A stretch of DNA of 64,000 nucleotides from NCBI RefSeq assembly GCF_964355755.1, contig NC_092680.1, positions 4,092,001 to 4,156,000 of the forward strand, in the 5' to 3' direction. The position numbers and the translations under genes were made by a program. Every line of letters starts with the position of its first letter. Position 1 is the first letter of the stretch. The DNA comes from Antedon mediterranea (taxonomy: Eukaryota; Animalia; Echinodermata). Shown here in pieces: positions 14,301 through 27,125 of this stretch. The notes under the pieces are model-generated. The model made no database searches. It had not been told where the DNA came from and worked only from the letters and a program-made list of their open reading frames with translations.

Positions 14301-14826
14301 CACGAGAGTCCAAAAGTCACCGCCCATCTGTCCTTACCCTGGTCCTTACGAATTAAATTAACCAAACACTTCGACTTATTTCTACAAGCATGGAGGAAAC
14401 CTCCATTCTACAAGCAACTAAATCATTCAAAGATAAATATTTATAATGAATAAATTAATTTGATAAATATTTTGAATGCCATTAATTGTATGTTATCATT
14501 TTATTTCCGGGTTTTTTTTTTGTTGCAATAATATTAGCTTATTTAACGTGTGAAGATATGCGTATCAAAGTATAAATATGAAATTGATATCCACGACGCC
14601 TCAATTGTCTACGATACAAAGATCATTAGATGTTTGATGTGTTCTCTTAATCTGCCTTCTCCATCTGAAATCCCACATTGATAAAATGAGGCCTACAAAT
14701 TATATAAATATTTCAAACAATGTCAATAATAATTCACCGTAATTGTCGATTTATGTCGTCTACTGAAAACTATTTGAAGTTTACAGACACATAATCGACG
14801 CATCACTAATCATAACTGGTAGATTA

Positions 14827-15000
14827 AGCTTGGTTCCCACTAGAACGTAACCCAAGGACGTAGACGCAACGCAAGTGAATTGACCAATCACAAGCGATGG
14901 CTTATTCGCTTGTGATTGCTAAAATAACTTCGCTTGTCATTGGTTAAAACGCTTGCCTTGCGTCTACGTCCTTGCGTTACGTTCTAGTGGGAACCAAGCT
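14827..15000. mobile_element. MITE family A (TIR AGCTTGGTTCCCACTAG), PIF/Harbinger (Tourist)-like
   Basis: Long TIRs with TTA TSD. A partial copy follows at ~15004-15115; decayed copy at ~13692-13835. Confidence 0.88.
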
Positions 15001-16519
15001 TTAGGGCGTAACGCAAGGACGTAGACGCAACGCAAGCGAGTTGACCAATGACAATCGACAGTTCGAATAATTCATCGCCTGTGATTGGTCAAATCCCTTA
15101 CGTTGTTGCGTTTCGCATTACAATAGTAAGTTCTATGTTTACATCTGAAATAATAAATTGATTAAATTGTTTAATAAAATAGTTTATTTCTATTTTATGG
15201 TATAATATCGTGTTTCATTTTTGGTATAGTGCGATAATACAGTCTTATTTTACTATTGTATAAATCTATCTATCTCTTTGCTCAGGGCATGGAGGGAGGA
15301 ATAAGTTAGGACATATTATGCTCAGGGTGAGTATAAAACAATTACAATTTTGATTAATAAACCAACAATGAGGTAATACGACTCAATTATGAGAATCACG
15401 TTGTTGTAAACCGAATTAGCAAGCCTAACTCCACGACCGTGCTCGTTAGCGGCTTGACTACACGGGCTTAAAACGAGGATTACTTGTCTCGTTAAGAGAA
15501 GACCTACACCTCCTTGAAAGATTGAAGCTAGGAATTTCGCCGCAGGCCCAATCCCACAGGTGCGAGGGTCGCCGTATGGATATCGTTTGTAACGCAAAAT
15601 GTGCTAATTCGTTCAATTTCGTGTCCGGTGCAATGGCAATTTACTGATCATTTGAAGTAATCAAAGGGGGTGAATTTAAACACGGTAAAAATAGAGCGTC
15701 GACAAAATCGGATACGATGAAGTGATATGGGGCGCCATACGCAGCAAAAATAAATGTCATGAGCATACAAAATGCATGAGTACATTGAGATGCGTGTGTA
15801 TTTTGTACGTACGTTGGCTGCCTATCCGAATGGCACCCCATAAGTACCATCATAGCAAACTGGGCCGTACCAATGCTGGTTGGTCAAGTTTCAAAATGAC
15901 CACTTTGTGACAGAAATTGCTTATAACTTATTATTAATTAGAATAATCTATCAATGTATTTATATACCTAAACACAAATATGAATAATACTGGACTATAC
16001 TATGATTATTTTTTTTTTGACCGATAAACGACCGCAATTCCTAACTGTATTAATACTCTATACATAAAATACGCAAAATAGTTTTTATTAATACTATAAT
16101 AAAGCTAATATTCATGATATCATTAGCGTATTATGATTTACTTGAGGTCAATGACCGAACAGTTATGAACGAAGCTACATGCTGCAGTGCGATTGGTGAG
16201 ATTAGTGTGATGTGGGAAGGTGTGTGTTGGTATGTGGTTCAAATATAAATTATGATTGTTGCCATGGTAATCCTTATTAGTCACAAAGGACCCGTATGGT
16301 CATTACACGATTAATCAGGTTTAATGTTGTTAATATGTTCAAGGTTGAAATTCAAAATACTTTTTTTCATTTGGGTGTAAGCCAAACCAATGTTGAACAC
16401 CTCCCTTTAAGTGGTCATTTTACTATGAAACAAATAAGGTGAAATACATAATGGTAACGTCTATCCACGGGACACCCCTATTAAGGGGAAATTTTGTTTA
16501 GTCCTGAAGGGGTCCTCTT

Positions 16520-16819
16520 AAAAATAATGTTTAACATTTTTGTTGTTGAATGCCATTTTAATGTCAGAGAATAGTTATTTACTTTGACCAAAAACTGGAT
16601 CGCAAACAAAAAATATTTTCATGCAAAAAATATTTAAATTAAGACAATGGTTTTTGGTTAAAATCAACCGTTTCTTTTGTCTTTTTAAAAGTGAAATAAT
16701 TATTTTGTTGATTTTTTTCCTACAGTGAATAACTTTATTCAAACTGCAAAATTGCCTATTTAAAGTCTGATTTTATTAATCTTTATTTTTCAGGTTTTTG
16801 GGGAACAATACATCTTTAA
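16520..16819. mobile_element. Kolobok-like TTAA MITE, partial copy
   Basis: Homologous to 46882-47238; ends ACAATACATCTTTAA. Confidence 0.7.
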
Positions 16820-18679
16820 TATAAGTTGGGGTTGTATGTGATTGGTTATTATGATATTATAACAAAAATAACTATGAAGGCATTGTTTAAAGAGTTTATG
16901 TCATAGTATGAAACGCACACAACAATTTTATGGCCTATAATAATTATTGAAATTCAACATAGATCCAGGCACCCATTAAAGCATAAAGACAATAATGTGG
17001 TATTCTTTTGAATGTGCGTTCCACCACTCCTCCTTCAATATTCCAATAAAGGTAATCAGCTGTTTTCGTCACGTTTCAATCCAGCCCGCGGTGATGCGGC
17101 GCTCCGTGGGTGTCGCCGATGTGATACACGGACCCAAACGCACCGCCTCAGGTTCTAGACTGCTCCAATACGCGACGCGTATTGATACTTGACCTTTCAG
17201 TAATGTCATCTGTAATGTTATTAGATTAGTTTGATTATTTTACTAGACGGTGATATTCATTAAATCAAGAATATTTTAGTAAAGTCATGTGTGGCCTTGA
17301 ATTGATATTTAGGAGGCAAATTTAGGGTTACAGGAGAACATTCCAAAATAAAACAGTTACCGTAACTGTTTTAGATGGTATAGGCATAATTATGTTACAC
17401 AAATAAAGGTATTGGTTCTCACACAATACAGTACCGTACTGATACTAATAATAAGATGACGAAAATAAGATGACGATACGAAATTGGTTATGGTCAATCT
17501 TATTTTCTACTCACAATATACCACTAAATTAATAAATTATGCGCTCAAAACTGAGTGAACACTTTGCAAAATAAAGAGAGCAAAGAGGGCGTGCTATTTA
17601 TTATTTTGGCCCATGTTGAAGATAACGATACCCGAGATTTTAATAAGCATTTTTTACGTCACCAATATATCGATTTTTCTGAAATTCAATAGACATGTTC
17701 TGTAAGTTTATAGGCTACATATTAAGACGATAACTTGTTAACAATTGTTGACGCTATCGTGGAAAAAACAGTTTGCCACAAGTAATAATTCAGTAGGCGC
17801 GCCTAAACCTAAGGTGAAAATGAATCTTGAGAGGAGATAACTCACACGGACTGATGATTCGAACTCGGATTCTATTACAGACACGCTCTATTTGAAGACC
17901 ACTGTTATAAAAACATAATGACTTTGTTTTTGTTTTATGTACCGTAATATACATTTGTTTCTTACTGTTAATGGGGCATTAGGTGCAGATATTACACCTC
18001 ATGTGGGGAGTCGTTAACTATTATGGTTAAAAAGTACCAGAAATAGGTCCCTTGGTGATCTGCTAATTATTTAAATTTACTTTCTTTATATAGATGAAAT
18101 TTAGTATTCTCTCTAAGGATACAGACGGATCAGATTCCATCGCACGTTTTAGGAACAGACAATAGAATGGGGGTCACAGAAAAAATATATTATCACACCG
18201 GGTTGACACAAACGTACTTACTTTAATAAGATGGTTCATGGCCAACTGGAAACCAGACAGCGTAGAACTCTTACCCCACGGGAGGATAGCGGTAGTGATA
18301 CGAACGTACGTGAGCCTGGCCATCCTCCTTTCTAGGATCAGTTTATATAAAACTGTTGCACATTAATAGGCCTGTTTTGATTTATAAGTTGTGGTATTTA
18401 GCAAGGACAATTATAGTTATGAGAGTCTGGGGTATATTAATGACTTCCAGCATGGTAATCTTAACAGGCCAGAAACCAAAGAAAATACCAATCGCAGGAG
18501 GGGAAACGGATGCCTGACATCGTTTGGTGCTTTGTCCGTGTACCTTAAGTCATCTGACCTTTAGGATAAAACACTGTTTGTTGGAGCTAGCTGGGAAGGG
18601 TATAACATTAATCAAATTGTAATTGAGGTGACTTCTTCCTCATGGTTAGACGATAAAGGAATTTAGTTTAAAATGTCTC

Positions 18680-18990
18680 GGTGGAGATGGTGAATACAGG
18701 TGGTGGTGAATACAGGTGGTGGTGGTGGTAGTGGTGAATACAGGTGGTGGTGATGAATACAGGAGGTGGTGGTGGTGGTGGTGGTGGTGAATACAGGTGG
18801 TGGTGGTGGTGGTGGTGAATACAGGAGGTGGTGGTGGTGGTGGTGGTGAATACAGGTGGTGGTGGTGAATACAGGTGGTGGTGGTGGTAGTGGTGAATAC
18901 AGGTGGTGGTGATGAATACAGGTGGTGGTGGTGGTGGTGAATACAGGTGGTGGTGGTGAATACAGGTTGTTGTGATATCAGGTGGTGGTA
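18680..18990. repeat. (GGT)n-GAATACA minisatellite
   Basis: Over ten units of GGTGGTGGTGAATACA with variable GGT number. Confidence 0.95.
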
Positions 18991-21900
18991 ATGCCAGCAT
19001 CACCAGAGCAACATGTTACCATTTGATGAGTTTGAAACTGGTTTACCTGTTAACATCCGAGTCAACCCATAAACATTAAAAGTAGAACTACTTCAGTAGG
19101 TCATGTCCCAAGTTCATAATTCCATTAGATAACTTGACATGATGACATTGCCGCGCTACATGTGTTATCACGTACGATGACATTAATGCGACACGTTCAT
19201 GACATTGTTCTTGTTGCATAATTGTTCTCTTATGATATTGTTTGTTTCCATTCGGTAAACGGTTCACAAGTAAATCAAAGGCCTAGATTCTAGTAATTGT
19301 TGATGTATACTGACGTGCTTTATGTTTAATAGACCATGAATGAATTTCAGGGGAGGAACTAGATTAAGGGTGCGTGATGGGGGCTAAGGTGGAGGTTGTA
19401 GCTAGCGTAGAATACAAACTTGAAAACATTTAAAAATAATAATGTTATAGGCCTACCTAACTATTATTATTAAATGGCTATATACTATAAAAAAAAATTA
19501 ATATTGATAGAAATATATTAGGCCTATATACGGTATTCATATTTTATGATATAAAATATTATAGGAAGAGGTCTTGCACAAGAGGTCTTGCACAAGAGGT
19601 CTTGCGAAAGAGTACCGTTAATTAATACATGTTCTAAGATATAACAACACGTCTATAAGTCTAAAAATTAAAGCCTAATAATTAAGTTTAAGGTACTGTA
19701 CATACAGAATTGAACACCATGAATTTTCTGCATATCAAACCACTATACTACGAACGCACAACAAAATGTTGACATAAAAGTTACGGATTAACTTGCCCAG
19801 TAAATATATGTTTAAAAAAGAAACTTAAAAATAATATTGCATTTAAAAAATAAAATTTGAAATGTTTGGTTGTGGCACGTCACATGGAGAAAGAACCCGC
19901 TTAGTGTGGAGACTTATCATTTTCTTTTTTGTATTGTAATCCCAAGTACTTGGTTTAATTAGTTCATTATGAATCTCTATAGTATTCGTTTCTTTATTTA
20001 TTTAGGTGGCACACCAAATTGTGGGTATCCAGTAGGCCCATGGGTAATACATTCCAAGGAAAATTGACCACACCTCATTCGAAGGCCACAACCTTGCCTT
20101 ACGTAACATTTTGTTGATCCAGGAAATTAGGTTTCAAGGACCTGATTCCAAACATCAAAACAAAACAAACGTTTTCTACTGACGGAGACGGAAACAATAA
20201 TAAATATACTGTACTAAGTTTCTGTTGTTATTATTTTACTTATATATTGCTAGTAGTAGTACTGAATTAATTTGATTTTTTTCGTAATTTTATATTCCGT
20301 CTCAAGTATACGTTTGACACGCCATGTATGCCAAAATGTTACCAATTATTAAGACATCGATAACCAATGAATAGTTTATTTGATAACAATTACCACATTC
20401 AAGTGGTAAAAGTTTTGATATATTTGAAATAGTAATTTTGTTAGGTCATGTTACCGCATGCTTTGATATCTTAATAAAGTATAAACTAACAACAGTCTTT
20501 AATTACTTACAGTAAACTTTATAATGAAGTCCCATATTACGAACTTTCTATTTCAATAGCGTAACACCAATATATATTATTGGTAGGCTAATTAAAGATT
20601 TTCAAATCGATATTTCACTGATAATAATAGGCCCGGCCCGAGGAAGTCATTATCTATACTAGCTATAGATAAGTTATTATCATTTAAGTTAAGACATCTC
20701 CGGAGAGGGGATATCCGACAAGTAGATATGTACCAGTAACATCATCTCTTCCTTCCCTTAGAATCTCCCAATGGAATTACGTTCGTGTTATCTAAGGAGA
20801 AACTCCAGCCTATCTTTAAAGAAGGCGTTACTGTTAAAAAGATGACATGATTGTGATCTGTTGTTCTTTTAGAATGCTCTCATCACTATTTCCCCAATAT
20901 CATAGACAAATCGGCAATACACATCACATCACATGTGAAACATGTATCTTGTCATACGCCTAACCATTGAGAACGGTTCCTCCATAGCCGAACTTAACTC
21001 TCTCACAAGACAGGCACAGCATTTGATACGGGACATGTGCACCCACAGTATCAAATAATCTGGTAGATCATTGAATGGTTATTAACGCATTTATATAAGG
21101 CAACATTATTGGGAAATTCTGGCTATCACATCGAAACATAGGAATGTTTATCAGAAATGAAATTATGCCTCCCTACTGCTCATGGTTTCAAATGTTGTTT
21201 GCACATAATTGGTACCGGTGTCGGTTACCACTCTCAACCAGAAAACAGAGAAAATCGTATAGTTAGGCTAAGGATAGTCATATCAAGGATATGTGTTCAA
21301 CAATGCATAGGTTGTTTATCATCGAACTTGCAAGGTCTTTTTATAATCCTAATCCCGCTCTACATATCATTTCTGTAGGCCTCCCTTTGTTCAAATTTAG
21401 GTCGAATTCCTTGAGCAAGGATGCAAACACAAAAGGCATTAAAAATATTAGAATAAACATTTAATTCAGATTATCAAAAATGTTTTGAATAATACGAATT
21501 TTGATATGGGCTTTCTTAGGCCTTAATGTTGACTTGGAATCGTCCTTGGAAAAGGCGAATAATTTTAGACCTTGTTCTCATGGGAAGAAATAATAAATAT
21601 TTTACTGTTCTGATAATAATCCCTTTAGTAGCTAGTAATACCACACATGAAATGTACTGTAAGATAGTGTTCCTTTTCTGCGAGTGCACACTCGAATATT
21701 CTGTCTATTCAGAGTACACAGCATCTACCTCAGTAGCATATGCCTACTAATTCAAAAGATTTAGTACGGATTATCGTATCTTTATTTATATCCATCACCT
21801 AATGTTAATTACATACCCGCGGATATTTTAGTCAGTGAAACGTTATATTTGTGCATTCCTTCTAAAACACAGTTCTCTCTAAAGCATCATAAATGATTCG

Positions 21901-24900
21901 TTTCCTGATACTTATTTTTTTTAAATTTTCTTTTTGTTAAACTTCTGATTGTGTTCGAGTCATTAACAACTGTGGTGTCGGTAATACCAACAAATTATTC
22001 TTTATTATGGCCCAATCAAAGGTAAACAAACTACAAACAAAGGGACAAAAAACCACAAAACTTTTTTTTTTAAATAATAATAAACGCACCTGAAAAACGG
22101 TTCCGATAAGCTGCTTACCATAACCACATAGGCCTAATGTTATAATGATCTCTCGGTTTCACAAAGAAGTATTCCAGGCTTACAAATTATACAATTAGGC
22201 TTATTTATTATTTGATTGTATCTCATTATTACAAGTTACCGACCTTCAACAGGTACTTTTGAACGATAAAATTTAAATAGTGCGTTATATTGCACGCCAT
22301 GTGACCCACAATCGTCCAATCAAATACGATTTAGGTGTTATTATAATTATGTTATGTGACCTTAAACAGGTAACCTATACTTTTGAACAATACAATTTAA
22401 ATATTTGTTTGAGGAATAGTTAAGTTTAGAACAAGTACCGTAACCTATTTTCGAAAAGCAAGTGCACAATCAAAAAGACCATACTGACGTAGACAATATA
22501 ATCATATTAAAAACTGGGGCAGCGCAAATAATTTCTTTTAATTCAATATACCATTCCAGACAGCAATAAAAAACACAAACTTTAAATTAGCATCGCATAA
22601 ATTGATTTAGGATTATAGGTGGCGCTAAACTGATTTTAAACAACATTTCTAAAATCTTAAAGTTTAAAACTAAAGTTTCGTATTATACTGACCGACTGTA
22701 AGGAAAATTCTGATTTATTAAGAAAAAATAATTGTATATTATTGTTTGCAAAAGAGATTTTTTATGTTAAACATAAACGCATATTATAAGCGGAGATTTA
22801 ACTCCCTTTTGTTAGGCTATAAGCGCAAGCGACAATATAACCATGGATTGGAGGTAAAAAATAATGTTTACTCCATGGTACAGTATAACATTGAAAATAA
22901 AGATTGTGTTAGGGTAGGCCTATACGGGCCTGTCGCTTAGGCTATTCCTGGAGAAGGACAGAATAATACTGAGTTCAAATGTGCCACTGAGTAATCGCAG
23001 TATCAATACAATTTGTAAGATTTGTTGTTCTTTTTTAAAGTATTTATTAAAGGCAAGCCAAGATATCAGCTAATGATCAGCTTATGCTGGATGGATCACC
23101 CTCATAAAATATTGTTGAAATAAATAAATATGAGTACTGTAATTTCCATTATATTGGATAATAAAAGGAATCTGTATATGTATCTGTATTATTATTACTA
23201 TGTAGGCCTTTAATAGTAGGAACATATAATTTTAATAATAAAAAAAACAACAGTCTTGAAGTTCTGTCAAAATGGATTTGAGAATAATTGGCTCACATCC
23301 ATAAGTTAGTCAATAGAAACTTCAAATAGTCGCGCAATTCTGTCAAAATCCGTTTAATCTTTATACAATCACAAAAATGTCCCGATTTCAATTGAAAAGT
23401 TGCATACCTTTACTTAACTAATTAGACACCAATAAAACCGATTTAAGCTAACGAATTGATTTGTCTAATGAACCACGAAGCAGGTGGTAGTGGTGGTAGA
23501 TTTTATATTTTACAATACATTATTTTATTTCTTTTTTAAAGAAAGTTATGTTCAGATGAATTCACAGGGGTATTCAATACCGGGTAATGACGTTATAATA
23601 AAACTAGAAAGTTTTAAACACTTGTTAGTTATTTTTTCGGTGAATAGCACCTTGCATAATGGGCCTTTATGTTAAACTGTTTAAACAATAAATTCAAAGA
23701 CTTATTTCCACTCGTATAATTAATCTAAAACGTAATGCATTTGCACTTACTCAGCGATTAATAGCCATTGGAATTCTTTTCAAATGATTCGTAAGTGTAA
23801 ATCCTTAAAAGGATACTTAAGAATAAGAATGTAAACAAAAATCGTAATATCTTTTCAAAACGCCTGACCCAAGTTTAAATACAAGACAAATGAAGTATAC
23901 TTATTATACCAAACGTATTCAATTCATGAAATAAACTGTATACTTAAAGTAATACACTGATTAATACGCTATTTTTTCAATGACGATAAGGTTAATGTCT
24001 GAGCAGTTAAATTCAACGTATATGAAATGTTTTTGTTTCGTGCGTTAATTCATTATTCATGCGTGATCTCGTCGTACGAGACTTGTCAAAAATCGCAGAA
24101 TTGCTCGTGATTAACGTAACACGGTAAGCTCATGTAACTTGTATCGTTATTATGGTTTAATGAACCATGGCCTCAATTCTTACAACGCTTTCAACTTAAA
24201 ATATAGTACGTGACTTTAGTTCGTTACAAAAAAAATTCCCGTAGAAATTTTAAATTTTAATTGTTATTATCATTGCGTAATTAATTGGTTTAGTTGAAAT
24301 CAAGGCCTTTATTGTTTTGAAGCATTGCTTGGATGAGTTCCAAATAAACAGTGCTTTTTGCAATATGTTTCAATTAAAACTTACAGGTTTCACGTTCCAT
24401 CGACGGAACACCGATTTTAAAGATTTCTGTGTTCAATCTCACGGGAAAATTATACGCGTTAATTACGAATGAAATGCTAATTAAATTGTTCATTTCATGT
24501 GAACGTTGTTGGTGTTCGTCACATAAGTCTAGCGTCGTGGATGTGACAAAAAAGAGTTCTTGTATTGTAAATAATATTGCGAATGTCTTACTTATTGCAA
24601 CTATCTAAAAAGATCAATTGAATATAATGCCTTTTGTTTTGTACACTTTTATCTTTAACTATTATTTCAACAGGGTAATGTTTCGTAAAGTGTGTTCATG
24701 GGCCTATTCATATTATTATAATGTTATATTCAATAGATCCATCTCAAAACTGCATGGTATTTTATCAGTAATAGGCCTATCATCCTATATCATTCGTCAT
24801 CGCCTTTCTCGTAATCGTTCGTGTTTTCGTATTTGCTCGTGTTTTGTTCGTATTTGCTCGTGTTTTGTTCGTATGTGTTCGTGTTTCTTTGATCTTTGCT

Positions 24901-26139
24901 TGTGCATCTTCATTTTTTCGCGATTTTTAATCCAGATTATATTTCTTAACAGAAACCATTACACATAGTATTCTATTTCCTAATTGTTAGTGTCTTAACA
25001 AAATAATAATAATAATATATTTCGTCTTTCTTTCCTGGGGCCTGTTTCTGCTGCATAAAAATAACCGGTTAAAATCGGTGTGAATAAATTAAAATCGGTG
25101 TGAATAAATTAACTCCATTTTCTTGGCAGCAGAAACAGGACAAATTTGTGGTAACCGGTTAAAAGGCAGCGCAAAATAACCGGTTAAAAACACCAATTTA
25201 AATCGGTGTTAGAACGCCGTTTAACCGGTTATCGCTGAGCAATTCTTAGGTCGTGTTTATACAACACCCTAAATTTGAACACGGCTTACATTTTTAGCGT
25301 GTTGTTCGGACCGAGGTCAACCCACCTTAACGTTTGCTGTTATACTAGAAATCACGATACCGTGTTGTACCGGAAGTTTCATCAACACGCAGTGCATGCT
25401 AGTATAAAAGGTCAAATCGTTGATCGCTTGAATTGAATTGTTGGCTGGGTTGTTGTCAACAAATCATCGTCGCCTCCTCGCTGTCCGATGTATTCGCGCG
25501 GTTTTTACCATTTTCATTATTGTATTCGTTCACGTTTGCATTGTTGTTTATTTTGTTCTCGGTTCATTTAAATTAATAAAAGTTATTTTAAGGGTTTCAT
25601 TGTTTCATCTATACACTATGGAAGAAGATGCCATTTTTGCGATGTTATTTTTTATTCTGTTTGGAGTGGGAAACGATAGTCTATAGAGGCCTACTACCAC
25701 TACGAGTTGGCCCTACCAGGCTAGGCGTAAGACGTGGTAGGAGGATGATTTCTGGCAGCGAAGCAGCAATAAATGGGCCCAATCTTGTTAGACGTCGCAT
25801 GACATGATTGATATTACGACCTGTTTTAACGAGAGGTCAAAATATACCCTGAGGACACTTCCAACACGGTAACGGCGACCGGGAATCCACCAAATTTTAG
25901 GATTCAGCCAAGTAGCCTTTTTTGCAATTAAAATCTCATTACACGGAATCTCTTTGTTGTTATACAACACACTTCTCGTAGGCGTGTAGAATATGCGTGT
26001 AATAGCGTGTTGTATAAACGCGCCCTTAGCTGCAACACGAAATAACGGTTATTTGATTGACAGTTGTGACCCCGGGTCAGATACCGTCGCATACGGTGTG
26101 TGTTTTCCTCGTGGTTTTGACAGTCGAACGAAGAAGTGA

Positions 26140-27125
26140 ACATGTATGTGGATGAATGAAATCACAAGATATGTTATTCAGTTGTGGAGGGAGAGAAAGT
26201 ACGGGGAAGGATGGCAGGCAATAGAAAAGAATCACAGATAATAAATAAGAGCATTTTTGCGAAAGTAAAAGAGGAATTTGGGGTGGAGTTCCGGGGACTA
26301 CCCAAGCTAAGCAATTTGAGGCGTTAGTACACGCTCGCGAAGGGTATGGATGGTCCTATATTAACACCAAAACGGAAACAAAAGGGACTCAAAATGTTGC
26401 AAATACCTACCAAACGATAGTAGATAATGGTTAATTGATTATGAAAACCCAAATTTTATAGCAAAAGTCATCCGAATTTATGTTATAAACGATGAATTTA
26501 GCAACAAAAACTTAATCCAAACGAGCGTATTTATGGCACGCCCTTAGTGCCTTTAATAGGAGAACAATGAACAATCTTAATTTGATCGTTTTATAAAATT
26601 TTTTTAGAAAAACATCACATCGACCGAAAACAAAGGTTATGAGAGCCTTTGATAATATATTAAATATGATTTTATTAAGCATAGAAATGTGTTATTATTT
26701 ATGTTAGTAGGCCTACATAATATTATGCGAAACAATGTTTAATACTCATTATTCTATTAAAGGCACTATGTGCGTGCGATATTCTATGACTTGGATACTC
26801 TCGTTTGATTTAAGTTTTTGTGGCTAAACTCGTCGTTTTTAACACAAATTCGGACGATTTTTGCTATAAAAGTTAGGGTTTCATGAATCATAATTAATTA
26901 ACAATTATCTACTCTCGTTTGGTAGGTATTGCAACATTCTAAGTCTCGTTTTTGTTTCCGTTTGGTTTTTTGTAGGACCGCGCGCTCGCGAAAGACAACA
27001 GTCGTTCACGTGGTAAGGGCCGTATCATCATCGCCTTTGTTGATGAATTTTAGGCTAGATAAAAATTATCCTAGGCGATCGGGCGCTGCACGACCCTCCC
27101 CATGTTATTGAAGGCGCCATGAGAA
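26140..27125 (+). pseudogene. Harbinger Myb/SANT-like (trihelix) ORF remnant, interrupted by an insertion
   Basis: WMNEITRYVIQLWRE / NKSIFAKVKEEFG..KLSNLRR*YTLA [insert] KDNSRSRGKGRIIIAFVDEF / ILGDRALHDP, with stops and frameshifts; matches the Myb_DNA-bind_4-type pattern by eye. Confidence 0.72.
26342..26982. mobile_element. Fold-back element with ~220-bp imperfect TIRs nested in the Harbinger
   Basis: 26352-26570 is the imperfect reverse complement of 26747-26979; flanked by direct repeat CGCTCGCGAA at 26332-26341 and 26983-26992. Confidence 0.8.

Noticed and set aside
18668-19003. Extensin-like ORF (HHHHLYSPPPP)
   Set aside because: Translation of a GGT minisatellite; the peptide motifs switch frame with unit length.
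25438-25970. Harbinger transposase gene
   Set aside because: At most a short stop-ridden N-terminal-like fragment (MEEDAIFAMLFF...DDFW); no DDE domain visible.
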